This document shows positions 10,661 to 20,500 of a stretch of DNA of 64,000 bases, one piece after another. A model generated the notes under the pieces. The model searched no databases, was not told the DNA's origin, and saw only the letters and a list, made by a program, of their open reading frames with translations. Position 1 is the first letter of the stretch. Each line of letters begins with the position of its first letter. This DNA comes from Candidatus Cloacimonadales bacterium (GTDB taxonomy: Bacteria > Cloacimonadota > Cloacimonadia > Cloacimonadales > JAFGVF01): NCBI GenBank assembly GCA_963667035.1, contig OY762964.1:572664-636663 (forward strand). Direction: 5' to 3'. A program made the position numbers and the translations under genes.

Positions 10661-11577
10661 TGTTTATTCCTCACTGAAAGTCTTTTTTTTATCATAACTG
10701 TTTTTTTTACAATAGTCTCTATATTTATACCCATTATGACTAATGCGATTCCCAAGAATTGACCAATATATATAGTCTCATGAAACATAATAAAAGCCAG
10801 TATTGAAACTATTACAGGTTTTAGAAAAAAGAGTATAGCTCCGGTAGTAGTTGGAACACTCTTCAATCCTTCAAAATATGAAAGATAAGCTAAACCAGAG
10901 ACAAAAATCCCTAAGTAAACTATTGTAATTACATTAAACCATGTAATCTCAAATGTAACATCTACTTTCGAGATTAATGCTATCATACCTAAAACTATGC
11001 TACCTATTATAAATGAGATAGTATTGGTAACGACATTACCGTGTTTTTTTACATTCTTTTTTGAGAGTATAGTATATAGTCCAAATGAGAAAGAAGCTAC
11101 ACAACCGAATATAATCCCTAATAAAGGATTAAGAGCTTTACTTTCCTGGAAAGACTCATATCCAATAATTGTAATTACACCAATAATTCCAACTATGATT
11201 CCAATTATTTTAACAAATGATAAACTCTCTTTCAATATGTATTTAGCTAGTATTGCTACAAACACAGGATTTGCACTTATAAGAATTGCACTTAATGATG
11301 CCTCTCCATAGTAAACAGCTAATTGTAAAGATAGCATTGATATGACAATATTGATTATGCCAAGAAGAGATAAGGAGAACATATCTTTAAAACTGAGCGT
11401 TGCTTCCTTGTTTATTATTTTTTTTAAACAAAGAGGTAGCATTATGATACCTCCAAGCATAAATCTATAAATAGTAATTCCAATTGGAGAAATGCTATCT
11501 CCCAAAAGTTTGCTTGTTAACTCCAATGTAGAGAATAGGAACACAGCAACTAGAATAAATAAGTAACTCATTAACAA
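10657..11577 (-). CDS. EamA/DMT-family transporter
   Basis: About 10 predicted TM helices in two repeated halves, typical of the drug/metabolite transporter superfamily. Confidence 0.55.
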   Translation of the reverse strand: MLMSYLFILVAVFLFSTLELTSKLLGDSISPIGITIYRFMLGGIIMLPLCLKKIINKEATLSFKDMFSLSLLGIINIVISMLSLQLAVYYGEASLSAILISANPVFVAILAKYILKESLSFVKIIGIIVGIIGVITIIGYESFQESKALNPLLGIIFGCVASFSFGLYTILSKKNVKKHGNVVTNTISFIIGSIVLGMIALISKVDVTFEITWFNVITIVYLGIFVSGLAYLSYFEGLKSVPTTTGAILFFLKPVIVSILAFIMFHETIYIGQFLGIALVIMGINIETIVKKTVMIKKRLSVRNKQ

Positions 11578-13589
11578 TTCTCCAACTGATTTATAATCTT
11601 GTATATATCTGAAGGTAACTCAGCTATCATGCACCCTGCATTCTTGAGTATTTCTTTTTTATACTGTACTGTCGATTTCTCACTATTAATGATTGCACCT
11701 GCATGTCCCATTTTGGAACCTTTAGGAGCAGAATCTCCTGCAAAAAAAGCAATTAAAGGTTTTGTTTTGTTAATTGATTTTATCAGATTTGCTAATTTTT
11801 CTTCCTCCTCTCCACCACCTATCTCTCCTATATAGACTATATAATCACTCTCTTTAGAATTTAATAGGAATGTAACTGTATCAATCACAGAGGTTCCTGA
11901 TATTGGATCACCACCTAATCCGATAGCAGTTGAAACTCCTTTAGTATTATTACTGATCTCATTTGCAATTTCATAGAGTAGTGTTCCGCTTTTTGACATT
12001 ATTGCAACATTTCCCTTTTTAAGAATCTTACCAGGAATGATACCTAGATTCGCTTCATTTACTCGTATTATCCCAGGACAATTAGGTCCTATAATCCTAG
12101 CACCTTTTTCATACGCATAATGAACCATTTCCATAGTATCATGAATAGGCACATGTTCTGTAATTATAACTATCAAATTTACTCCAGCGTCAATTGCTTC
12201 AATAGTTGCGGATTTTACATGAGGAGCGGGAACAAACAATACAGTTGCATCAACATGAGTGTTTGCAGTAACTTCTTTTACTGAGTTATAAATTGTAACA
12301 CCATGTATTGTTTCCCCTCCACGACCAGGAGTAACACCAGCTACTATCTTAGTACCATATTCTAGCATTTTTTTTGCATGATATGAGCCATATTTCCCTG
12401 AAATGCCTTGCACAATTACTTTAGAATCTCTGGATACAAAGAATTGAGAATCATGCTTTTGCGATATTTCTACTGCCTTGCGGGCTGCTCTTTCCATACT
12501 ATTATAAGCAAAGATACCATTTTCTTTAAGCATTGAAATTGCTATATCAGAATTGTTTCCCATCATTCTTATAATCATCGGTAGTGAGTTTATATTCGTA
12601 GAGCGATACTCTATAATTGCTTCAGCAATCTTGTCACAAAATGTTATTCCTCCAAAAATATTTACGAAGATACAATTGATTTTACTATTAGAGTTTAACA
12701 GTTTAAGAGCGTTTAAAGTAATTTCTTTAGTTGCTCCACCACCTAAATCCAAGAAATTAGCAGGTGTACCGTTAAATTTTTTTATCATATCCATTGAAGC
12801 CATTACTATACCTGCTCCACATCCCATTATCCCAATACTTCCGTCTAGTTCAAGATAATGTGAACCGAAATGATTCGAACCATCAAAATACAATTGATTC
12901 ATTGAAAGATTCTCTAGTTCGGCAAAAAGTTCTTCATGTCTAAACTTTGCTGATTCATCTATATCTATAACACAATCAAGGCAAATTGGTGTATCTTCTT
13001 TATCAAATACAAATGGATTGATTTCTAAAAGAGTGGCATCGATAGATAAGAATACTTGCTTTATCAATACTGCAAACTCAATAAATTTGTTTAACTTTTT
13101 TTTATTGGGGAAGAAACAAAATGTGTTATCCATTAATTGTCTTTTAAACACTTCATTTTTTATACTTACTTGTAAAGTAATTATGCTTTCAGGATTATCT
13201 GATGCTACTTTTTCAATATCAACACCACCAAAAGGAGAGAAAATTGCAGTTAAGCTCTTCGAAGCTCTGTCAATTAACATACAAAAATAATACTCTTGCT
13301 CTATATTAATAGACTCTTCAACTAATATGCCTACAGATCTTTCACCTTTAAACTCTTGGTTTATAATCCAATTACACATTTCTTCAAACTTTGATGTATC
13401 ATCTAGTAATTGAACTAGATTTGCTTTACCTCTTCCTCCTGCTAGAACTTGACTCTTGAGTACTACTGGGAAACTAAAAGGGATTTTTGAATAATCAAAC
13501 AGCTCCCCTTCTTTAAAGAAGTGATTTCGAGGAATAGTTAAATTGTGCTCTTCTAGAATTTTTTTTGATTGGAATTCATGAATCTTCAT
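11571..13589 (-). CDS. succinyl-CoA synthetase-like fused beta-alpha subunits (acyl-CoA synthetase, NDP-forming)
   Basis: N-terminus MKIHEFQSKKILEEHNL matches the SucC ATP-grasp start (MNLHEYQAK...). The middle and C-terminus match SucD (VIVQGISGKYGSYH..., GPNCPGIIRVNEANLGIIPG, phosphohistidine loop MGHAGAII). Both parts lie in one 672-aa ORF. Confidence 0.7.
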   Translation of the reverse strand: MKIHEFQSKKILEEHNLTIPRNHFFKEGELFDYSKIPFSFPVVLKSQVLAGGRGKANLVQLLDDTSKFEEMCNWIINQEFKGERSVGILVEESINIEQEYYFCMLIDRASKSLTAIFSPFGGVDIEKVASDNPESIITLQVSIKNEVFKRQLMDNTFCFFPNKKKLNKFIEFAVLIKQVFLSIDATLLEINPFVFDKEDTPICLDCVIDIDESAKFRHEELFAELENLSMNQLYFDGSNHFGSHYLELDGSIGIMGCGAGIVMASMDMIKKFNGTPANFLDLGGGATKEITLNALKLLNSNSKINCIFVNIFGGITFCDKIAEAIIEYRSTNINSLPMIIRMMGNNSDIAISMLKENGIFAYNSMERAARKAVEISQKHDSQFFVSRDSKVIVQGISGKYGSYHAKKMLEYGTKIVAGVTPGRGGETIHGVTIYNSVKEVTANTHVDATVLFVPAPHVKSATIEAIDAGVNLIVIITEHVPIHDTMEMVHYAYEKGARIIGPNCPGIIRVNEANLGIIPGKILKKGNVAIMSKSGTLLYEIANEISNNTKGVSTAIGLGGDPISGTSVIDTVTFLLNSKESDYIVYIGEIGGGEEEEKLANLIKSINKTKPLIAFFAGDSAPKGSKMGHAGAIINSEKSTVQYKKEILKNAGCMIAELPSDIYKIINQLENC

Positions 13590-13595
13590 TATTAT

Positions 13596-13614
13596 CTCCT
13601 TAATTTCATATTAA
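13596..13614. promoter_or_regulatory. 7-bp inverted repeat (CCTTAAT-N5-ATTAAGG) overlapping the RBS and start of the sucCD-like gene
   Basis: Perfect inverted repeat read from the sequence. Its function is unknown. Confidence 0.2.
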
Positions 13615-14467
13615 GGAGGGTTAGAGTAACCTATGTGAATAGTAATAGAGAAGTATTACCCCTTATCCACAAGCGTCATACACTTTCCCTCCGAAAGTAA
13701 TTCCGTACAGATTTAAATCTGTATGATACGGCATGTCTCCTGACTTGAAGTTTACCTCCGAGCTCCCTTCCCATCAGTTTAATGACAGTGGTATGAACTC
13801 TTTGTTCCTTCTTACAGTAGCGGGGGCTGTTCTCGATTTTCACGAGATTCCATCTTAGCTCTTCATTAGAGAACCAGTATCTTGTTTAATGATTATTTGC
13901 TTCAAAATGAGTCAAGAAAATCTTACTGCTTTCTTCAATGTTTGCTCCATTAGTACAGGTAAGTTCCCATATTTCATTAATATACATTTCTTTGTAATAT
14001 GTGCTCACATATTACCAGATACGCAAGGATCCTGCTCGCTATAAGACATGCCGGTAAAATGCTAGCGTACCCCGGTTTGTAGTGCAAGTGCCCTCACTTG
14101 CACATAGCTCGAAGAGCTATATTTTTTGCATACTTTGTCAGCACAGCAATTCAGGGGAGTCGCAGTACATCATACGAGTTTGCGAGTACAACGCAAAGCG
14201 ATTACACCATGTTCCGATTGGAGTCGAACTCCCACCGGTCGTTTGGACTTGAGCTATAGACTATTACCTGTAGAACATCCTTTTATATATATTAGCTCAC
14301 AAAATCCTCATTTTAGTCACAACATCCCCTTTTTTTTACATTTTGCATCTTTCATTTAGCATTTTCTCTTAATTTCTAATTCATATTCCTCTCTCTGCTC
14401 TAAGCAGTAACAATTGCTTTTAAATCAATTCTAACTTATTAATAAATTAGTAATTTCTTGATAATTA

Positions 14468-14522
14468 ACCCAAGGATTACCCAAGGATTACCCAAGTGTT
14501 TCACAAGTATTTCACAGGAATT
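14468..14522. repeat. five phased 11-bp tandem repeats (ACCCAAGGATT x2 plus three degenerate copies)
   Basis: The units are acccaaggatt / acccaaggatt / acccaagtgtt / tcacaagtatt / tcacaggaatt, about 110-165 bp upstream of the 14635 start. The helical-turn periodicity suggests iterated protein-binding sites. Confidence 0.6.
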
Positions 14523-14577
14523 ACTGCAGGGAGATGAAGGAGAAGTAAAGAAGAAGTAAGCAGGTCGTGCATATTTC

Positions 14578-14604
14578 TTGACATACATGTTTCAGGGGTA
14601 TACT
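14578..14604 (+). promoter_or_regulatory. candidate sigma70-like promoter (TTGACA-N15-TATACT)
   Basis: Hexamers read directly from the sequence, about 30 nt upstream of the ATG at 14635. The spacer is shorter than optimal. Confidence 0.3.
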
Positions 14605-14634
14605 AGTCGGTAAGAAATAATACAGGATGTGAGT

Positions 14635-16932
14635 ATGAAGTATTCTATAGCCATTGTTTTTGTGATGTTAATGAGTTTTCTATTAGCCGGTGTTGGAGTG
14701 AGAATTATACCGGATAGATACGAAGAGTTAACTGAGGAATTGGAGAGAGGAGATGTTGATTCTCTCCGATTTGAAGAAATTAAAGAGATTATGAGGAAGG
14801 ATTTCCCGAATACAAAGACTTCATTTGAACTTGTTAGTAATGAATTCTACTCTCTAATTAATCCTATCTGGACAAATGACTCTCTGAATGTATCAGTTCT
14901 ATCAGGTATGCTTGAAAAGTATCCTCGGAATAACCGGAGAAGGACAATTTACCAATATTACCTCTATTCATTAGCAAATCTACATAGGAATGAAGCTATT
15001 ATGGATGCTCTTAAAAACTTTCGAAGAGCATTTAAGGACGATTATATTAGTTGGTATTTGAGTGCCAGATATTACAGCTCTTTGGAAATAGACTCTCTGA
15101 AAGCATTAAGCTATGCAGAGAAAGCATATTTAAAAAGCAGAAACTATCCAAAGCTTAAGTTCTATCCAAAAATGGAATGGGAGTTAGAGAAACGTTCAGC
15201 TCCTGTTAAATCAGCAACGTTATATGCGAATCTGCTCTTGAAGAACGGTAATGATAAAGCAGCTAAAAGAGTGCTTAATGAAATAATAAAGAATAACGAG
15301 CTCGGTATTGAAGATGAAGAAACACTAGCCTCCTGTTACTATATATATGCAAAGTACTATGATAAGATTGGTAAGCCTAAGAAGTCGGCAGAACAATCAG
15401 TGAAGGCTCTTGTTGCAGGAGATTTACGAAACAGTTATGCTCCTTTGGCAGATTCACTTTTGAGAAAAACAGAAGGTATGACTAACAGCACGAATGAAGA
15501 GGTACTCGTTAAAGCTAGGGAGTTGGCAAAATATAAAGGTGTAACATTCAAAGATGCTACTTCGGAATTGGGTTTGAGTGATGTCTCGGCTGGAAGGGTC
15601 GCTTTAGCCGATTACAATCTGGACGGCTATGTAGATATATTGCTAGACAACGGTCATCTGTACAAAAACAATAAGGGAATAGGTATTGAAGATGTAACTT
15701 CGGAAGCATTCAATGGTAGCTTCTCTTCTGGTGGTTCTGTTTGGGCGGATATGGATAATGACGGTGATTATGATATTGTTACAAAAGATCCAGAAGCTGT
15801 TTGGCTGAATAACAATGGAGTGTTCTCAAAACCGGAAAAGGATAACGGACTAAGTGATAACGGTATTTCGACTGAGGGGCTTGGTGTCGGTGATGTGAAT
15901 GGAGATGGCTTGCCTGATATATATTATGCAAATTATGAAATTTGGACCGGAAGTAACTCCGAACCGTTCGCTGATCAGTATTATCAAAATATTGGGAATG
16001 GTAGATTCAAAGAAATGACTGCCGAAGCCGGTCTTTTGCCAGAAGATGGAAAACCCAGAGCCGGTAGGGGAGTGAACTTCGGTGATTTCGATAACGATGG
16101 AGATTTGGATATCTATGTTTCAAATTATAGACTTCAAGATAATTTCCTATGGCAGAACGATGGAACAGGCCACTTTACGGAAGTTTCGGAACTAAAGGGA
16201 GTGAAAGGAGATAAGGTCGACAATTGGTATGGTCATACTATCGGTTCACAATGGGGAGATATTGATAATGACGGTGATTTGGATTTGATATGTGCTAATT
16301 TAGCTCATCCTCGTTATATAGATTTCTCTAACAAAACAAGGGTATACATTAATAGCGGAGCTCCCGATTACACTTTCACGGATAGAAGAAAAGAGAAAGG
16401 TATTGTATACGAAGAAACTCACTCGGAACCTTTACTAGCTGATTTTGATAACAATGGCTATCTTGACCTGTATTTAACTTCTGTTTATGATGGAAGACGT
16501 TCATTCCTATACATGCAACAAGAAAACGGTACATATATTGATAATGCTTATTTAGCCGGAGTGAGACATTTCAACGGATGGGGAAGTGCTTCAGCCGATT
16601 TTAACAATGACGGGAAAATGGATTTTATTGTTTGCGGAGGAAAGATTCAACTCTTTATCAATACTACCGAGATAAAGAATAATTGGTTAGAGATTGATGT
16701 TAAGCCAGGAGCTGAGAGAAATGTTATAGGAACCCGAATATTATTTAAAGGCAAGCATGGTACTTATACAAGAGAAATTGAAGGTGGAAAAGGGACAACA
16801 AATCAGAGTAGTCTGGTCCAACATATCGGTTTAGGAAAAGAGAAGAAGGGAGAGTTGGTAATAACCTATCCCGACGGGCAGGTTGTGAAGAGGCAGATTG
16901 AAAAAGTTAATAGAAGAGTTGAGATAGAATAA
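14635..16932 (+). CDS. secreted FG-GAP/VCBS-repeat protein with a C-terminal ASPIC/UnbV domain (CRTAC1-like)
   Basis: Signal peptide, an N-terminal helical (TPR-like) region, and repeated DxDxDG calcium-binding FG-GAP loops (ADMDNDGDYDIV, DFDNDGDLDIY, DIDNDGDLDLI, DFNNDGKMDFIV). The C-terminal block resembles ASPIC/UnbV (…GTTNQSSLVQHIGLGKEKKGELVITYPDGQ). Confidence 0.65.
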   Translation: MKYSIAIVFVMLMSFLLAGVGVRIIPDRYEELTEELERGDVDSLRFEEIKEIMRKDFPNTKTSFELVSNEFYSLINPIWTNDSLNVSVLSGMLEKYPRNNRRRTIYQYYLYSLANLHRNEAIMDALKNFRRAFKDDYISWYLSARYYSSLEIDSLKALSYAEKAYLKSRNYPKLKFYPKMEWELEKRSAPVKSATLYANLLLKNGNDKAAKRVLNEIIKNNELGIEDEETLASCYYIYAKYYDKIGKPKKSAEQSVKALVAGDLRNSYAPLADSLLRKTEGMTNSTNEEVLVKARELAKYKGVTFKDATSELGLSDVSAGRVALADYNLDGYVDILLDNGHLYKNNKGIGIEDVTSEAFNGSFSSGGSVWADMDNDGDYDIVTKDPEAVWLNNNGVFSKPEKDNGLSDNGISTEGLGVGDVNGDGLPDIYYANYEIWTGSNSEPFADQYYQNIGNGRFKEMTAEAGLLPEDGKPRAGRGVNFGDFDNDGDLDIYVSNYRLQDNFLWQNDGTGHFTEVSELKGVKGDKVDNWYGHTIGSQWGDIDNDGDLDLICANLAHPRYIDFSNKTRVYINSGAPDYTFTDRRKEKGIVYEETHSEPLLADFDNNGYLDLYLTSVYDGRRSFLYMQQENGTYIDNAYLAGVRHFNGWGSASADFNNDGKMDFIVCGGKIQLFINTTEIKNNWLEIDVKPGAERNVIGTRILFKGKHGTYTREIEGGKGTTNQSSLVQHIGLGKEKKGELVITYPDGQVVKRQIEKVNRRVEIE

Positions 16933-16949
16933 AACATTTAGATATATAG

Positions 16950-16982
16950 AAAGGTAGCGGACTAATCGTCGGCTACCTTTAC
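16950..16982. terminator. bidirectional rho-independent terminator between convergent genes
   Basis: AGGTAGC G GACTAATCGTC G GCTACCT hairpin followed by a T tract. Confidence 0.55.
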
Positions 16983-17002
16983 TTCTATATTATATTTTTA
17001 AA

Positions 17003-17608
17003 TTACAGTTTCCAATGTTTCACAATAGAATCAATAGAATGTTGTGCATTTTGAATTGATTCATCTAACAGTGTTGGATTAGCTGTTGCAGCGTGAACGA
17101 AGTTGCGTTCTTTGATACCAATATAGTCCAACAGTATCTTGTATAGAGTTACCACATTGTTCAGATACTCATAATCAGAGCCTTTTGGATAGTTACCGCC
17201 ACTTGTATAGATGATTATAGCTTTCTTATCACCCAAAAGTCCGTGAGTTGGATTTCCATAAGTAAAAGTTTCACCATTAAGAATGATAGAGTCCATGAAC
17301 TGTTTAACCAATCCCGGAAGCGAGAAGTTATGCATTGGATGAACAAACACAATCAAGTCAGCAGCTTTCATTTTAGCAGCAAGAGCTTTGAAAGGAACCA
17401 TAAGCAATTCTGATTTTGAATCACCCATACCCATATTAATTCTATTATTGGCATTTATAGTCTCAGGATTGAAAATAGGAAGCTTGGTCTCAAGCAAATC
17501 CAATTCTTCAATTTCATGCTTTCCTATCTTATTGAGAAAGTGTTTATATAGTTTCAGAGTGTTCGAGTTTTCCCCGGAAGGTAGATATTTTACAACTAAT
17601 AACTTCAT
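17003..17608 (-). CDS. FMN-dependent NADH-azoreductase/quinone reductase (AzoR family)
   Basis: Flavodoxin-like NAD(P)H dehydrogenase pattern: MKLLVVKYLPSGENSNT…, a PMHNF loop and KKAIIIYTSGG, colinear with AzoR. Confidence 0.7.
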   Translation of the reverse strand: MKLLVVKYLPSGENSNTLKLYKHFLNKIGKHEIEELDLLETKLPIFNPETINANNRINMGMGDSKSELLMVPFKALAAKMKAADLIVFVHPMHNFSLPGLVKQFMDSIILNGETFTYGNPTHGLLGDKKAIIIYTSGGNYPKGSDYEYLNNVVTLYKILLDYIGIKERNFVHAATANPTLLDESIQNAQHSIDSIVKHWKL

Positions 17609-17748
17609 TTTTATAATCTCCTGTCATTTTTGTATGACAATATAAACTGTTTTTGGGAATACACAAAAAACTCTCTTGCTTTATTAGGCTTTAATTTATT
17701 CTTTACTAAGTAATACTTAATTATTATCATTGAAGAATTGACAGACAT

Positions 17749-18264
17749 GTGACAGGAATAATAATTAGTCATGGAGCTGATGAAATGAGATGGTCGAATA
17801 AAACGATGTTATTACTAGTATTAATAGTTACGATAGTGAATAGGCTAGCATCTGAAACTTACTATTTTTATAAAGAACCTACTATAAGTAGTAACTCTGT
17901 AAAACAAGGTGAAAGAAACTTTGACTTAAAAGCTATCACCGATAGTTTTAAAGGTAATGCTTATTCCCAATATTTGGGATTAGATACACTCTTTGCTGAA
18001 GACTCTATGTTTTGGGGATATTATCAAGACAGTTATGATTTGTTTAAAAAGTATTACTTGGATGATATATATAAAACTACTTTACCGATGAATATAACGA
18101 TAAGAGTAAATTTAAGCGGTTATGTACAAGATAACCATTTTATGTATTTTAGTATGCCACTGGATTTGGAGACTAATCCGGTTATAAGCAATGGTATTAA
18201 GTATTTTAGGGATATCTTTCTACCTAATTACAGAAGTAGTAGCAGTAAATTAAGAGGAAATTGA
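17749..18264 (+). CDS. hypothetical exported protein
   Basis: 171-aa ORF with a hydrophobic N-terminus. Its stop TGA overlaps the uvrB start region. No motifs recognised. Confidence 0.4.
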   Translation: MTGIIISHGADEMRWSNKTMLLLVLIVTIVNRLASETYYFYKEPTISSNSVKQGERNFDLKAITDSFKGNAYSQYLGLDTLFAEDSMFWGYYQDSYDLFKKYYLDDIYKTTLPMNITIRVNLSGYVQDNHFMYFSMPLDLETNPVISNGIKYFRDIFLPNYRSSSSKLRGN

Positions 18265-20276
18265 TGGATAGATTTAAACTAACCTCTGAATACAAGCCCA
18301 TGGGAGATCAACCGGAAGCTATAAATGAGCTTTCTGTTGGGATATTGGAAGGACGTAAACATCAGGTACTTCTTGGAGCGACAGGCTCGGGTAAGACCTT
18401 CACAATTGCTAATGTGATTCAAAAAGTTAACAAACCTACTCTTGTGTTATCTCACAACAAGACGCTTGCTGCTCAGCTCTATGGAGAGTTAAAGCAACTA
18501 TTCCCCGAGAATGCCGTAGAATTCTTTATAAGTTACTACGATTACTATCAGCCGGAAGCTTATATACCGGGGAAGGACATATACATAGAAAAGGATGCTG
18601 ATATTAATGACCAGATAGAGATGTTGAGATTGAGAACAACTATGTCTTTAATGGAAAGACAAGATGTGATTGTTGTTGCCAGTGTCTCATGTATATATGG
18701 TTTGGGAGTTCCTGAAGAATATAGGGAAGCATTTGTTGAAATAAAAGTCGGTGATGAGATTGATAGAGATAAGCTATTGGAGAAACTTGTTAATGCTCAT
18801 TACGGAAGAAACGATGTTGCTTTCCAAAGAGGTGCTTTCAGAGTAAAAGGTGATATAGTCGACATATATCCGGCTTACTTGGAGCAAAGCGTGAGAGTAG
18901 AATTTTTTGGGGATGAGATTGTGAATTTGAAGAAGATTAATCCCATTAATAATAAAGTGCTGGAGAATGTGGACTCATACCCTATTTATCCTGCTAACCA
19001 CTATGTGATGGGGAGTGACAGATCAAAGCAGGCAATACGATCGATAGAATCTGAACTTGAGCAGAGAGTTAAATTCTTCCATGATAGGGATATGTTCGTT
19101 GAAGGACAAAGAATTCATCAAAGAACTAAATATGACCTCGAGATGTTAAAAGAGATTGGGTATTGCTCGGGGATTGAGAATTATGCCAGACATATTAGCG
19201 GAACAGAACCCGGAGCAACTCCATACTGTCTTTTAGACTACTTTCCTAAAGATTTTCTCATGGTTATTGATGAATCGCATGTTACAGTTTCTCAAGTTAG
19301 AGCAATGTATGCTGGGGATTATTCAAGAAAAAAGAATCTGGTGGACTACGGATTTAGATTACCATCTGCCTTCGATAACAGACCACTTAAATTTGATGAG
19401 TTTGAAGAACATATACATCAGGTAGTCTTTATGTCTGCAACTCCCGGGGATTATGAATTGGATAAAACAAAAGGCGTGATTGTTGAACAGGTAATCAGAC
19501 CTACAGGTCTGGTAGACCCCGAAGTAGATATCAGACCGGTTGATACTCAGGTTGACGATATACTCGGAGAGATCAATCTGATGGTTAAGAGAGGACATAA
19601 ATCACTTATAACCACTCTTACAAAGAGAATGTCGGAAGATCTCACTACCTATTTACAGAACGCAGGGATTAAAGTTGCTTATCTTCATAGTGAAATCGAT
19701 ACATTCGGAAGAGCCAAAGTAATCAGAGACCTTAGACTTGGTAACATTGACGTTATTGTAGGTGTTAACCTGTTAAGAGAAGGTTTGGATATGCCGGAAG
19801 TAGCATTGGTCGCTATACTGGATGCAGATAAAACCGGATTCTTAAGGTCAACAAGGTCAATTATCCAAACATCAGGTAGAGCTGCCAGAAATGTAGACGG
19901 TAAAGTAATTTTGTATGCAGACACCATGACAGATGCCATTAAAGCTGCTGTCGGTGAAATGAATCGTCGTCGGGATAAACAATTGGCATACAATGAAAGA
20001 ATGGGGATTAAACCTGAGACGGTTTATAAAACTGTGGAGCAGATTATGCAATCTACTGAGGTTGCCGAGGGTTATAGCAAATACGATAAATCGGATAAAG
20101 ATAAAAAAGAGAACAAGGCCGATGAACTTAACATGATTAATAATTCCGAGTCATTGTTGGAAATGTTAAAAAGTGAGATGAAGAAAGCAGCCTCTAATCT
20201 CGACTTTGAACTTGCAGCATCTTTAAGAGATAGAATCTGGGAACTTGAAAGTTTGCAAGAGCAAAAAGAAAAATAA
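18264..20276 (+). CDS. uvrB: excinuclease ABC subunit B
   Basis: Walker A GATGSGKTFT, helicase motifs, a beta-hairpin region and the C-terminal UvrB/UvrC interaction motif (ELAASLRDRIWELE). ATG at 18264 is preceded by an AAGAGGAAA RBS. Confidence 0.9.
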   Translation: MDRFKLTSEYKPMGDQPEAINELSVGILEGRKHQVLLGATGSGKTFTIANVIQKVNKPTLVLSHNKTLAAQLYGELKQLFPENAVEFFISYYDYYQPEAYIPGKDIYIEKDADINDQIEMLRLRTTMSLMERQDVIVVASVSCIYGLGVPEEYREAFVEIKVGDEIDRDKLLEKLVNAHYGRNDVAFQRGAFRVKGDIVDIYPAYLEQSVRVEFFGDEIVNLKKINPINNKVLENVDSYPIYPANHYVMGSDRSKQAIRSIESELEQRVKFFHDRDMFVEGQRIHQRTKYDLEMLKEIGYCSGIENYARHISGTEPGATPYCLLDYFPKDFLMVIDESHVTVSQVRAMYAGDYSRKKNLVDYGFRLPSAFDNRPLKFDEFEEHIHQVVFMSATPGDYELDKTKGVIVEQVIRPTGLVDPEVDIRPVDTQVDDILGEINLMVKRGHKSLITTLTKRMSEDLTTYLQNAGIKVAYLHSEIDTFGRAKVIRDLRLGNIDVIVGVNLLREGLDMPEVALVAILDADKTGFLRSTRSIIQTSGRAARNVDGKVILYADTMTDAIKAAVGEMNRRRDKQLAYNERMGIKPETVYKTVEQIMQSTEVAEGYSKYDKSDKDKKENKADELNMINNSESLLEMLKSEMKKAASNLDFELAASLRDRIWELESLQEQKEK

Positions 20277-20500
20277 CGACAAATAAAACTAAAAGTTAAT
20301 GGGTGTTCAATTGCAAGAGAATGTTAAGATCTCCCTTGGCTATCGCTAGCCTGTTTGTTAAAAAATGAGAGTTTAAACTAAAGCAAATTGACTAAATAAT
20401 TACATAACCATCATATTCTCTATTGCTTAAATAAATTAATACCTTTGACAGTTCGTGCCTATGCAAAAACATGACACCAAATAAATTACTAAGGAAAAAG

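Noticed and set aside
13640-14110. Possible RNase P RNA (GGAGGGAAAGTG and CGGTAAAATGCTAGCGTACC motifs)
   Set aside because: Only 7-10 nt resemblances to the P4 5' strand and the GGUAAGAGCGCACC region. The P4 3' strand (ACAGAAYCCGGCUUA) is absent.
13826-14260. Possible tmRNA (5' GGGGGCTG…TTCGA-like start)
   Set aside because: No matching 3' acceptor strand (CAGCCCCC…CCA) and no tag-peptide reading frame ending in GCNGCNTAA were found on either strand.
14195-14265. tRNA-like signature (TGGAGTCGAACTCC, GGAACA…TGTTCC acceptor-like pairing) on the minus strand
   Set aside because: A 7-bp acceptor-like helix can be drawn, but the putative T-arm is not self-complementary. GGAGT-CGA-ACTCC is a 3-nt-loop hairpin, not a 5-bp stem with a 7-nt TΨC loop. 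No anticodon arm fits. Not a canonical tRNA.
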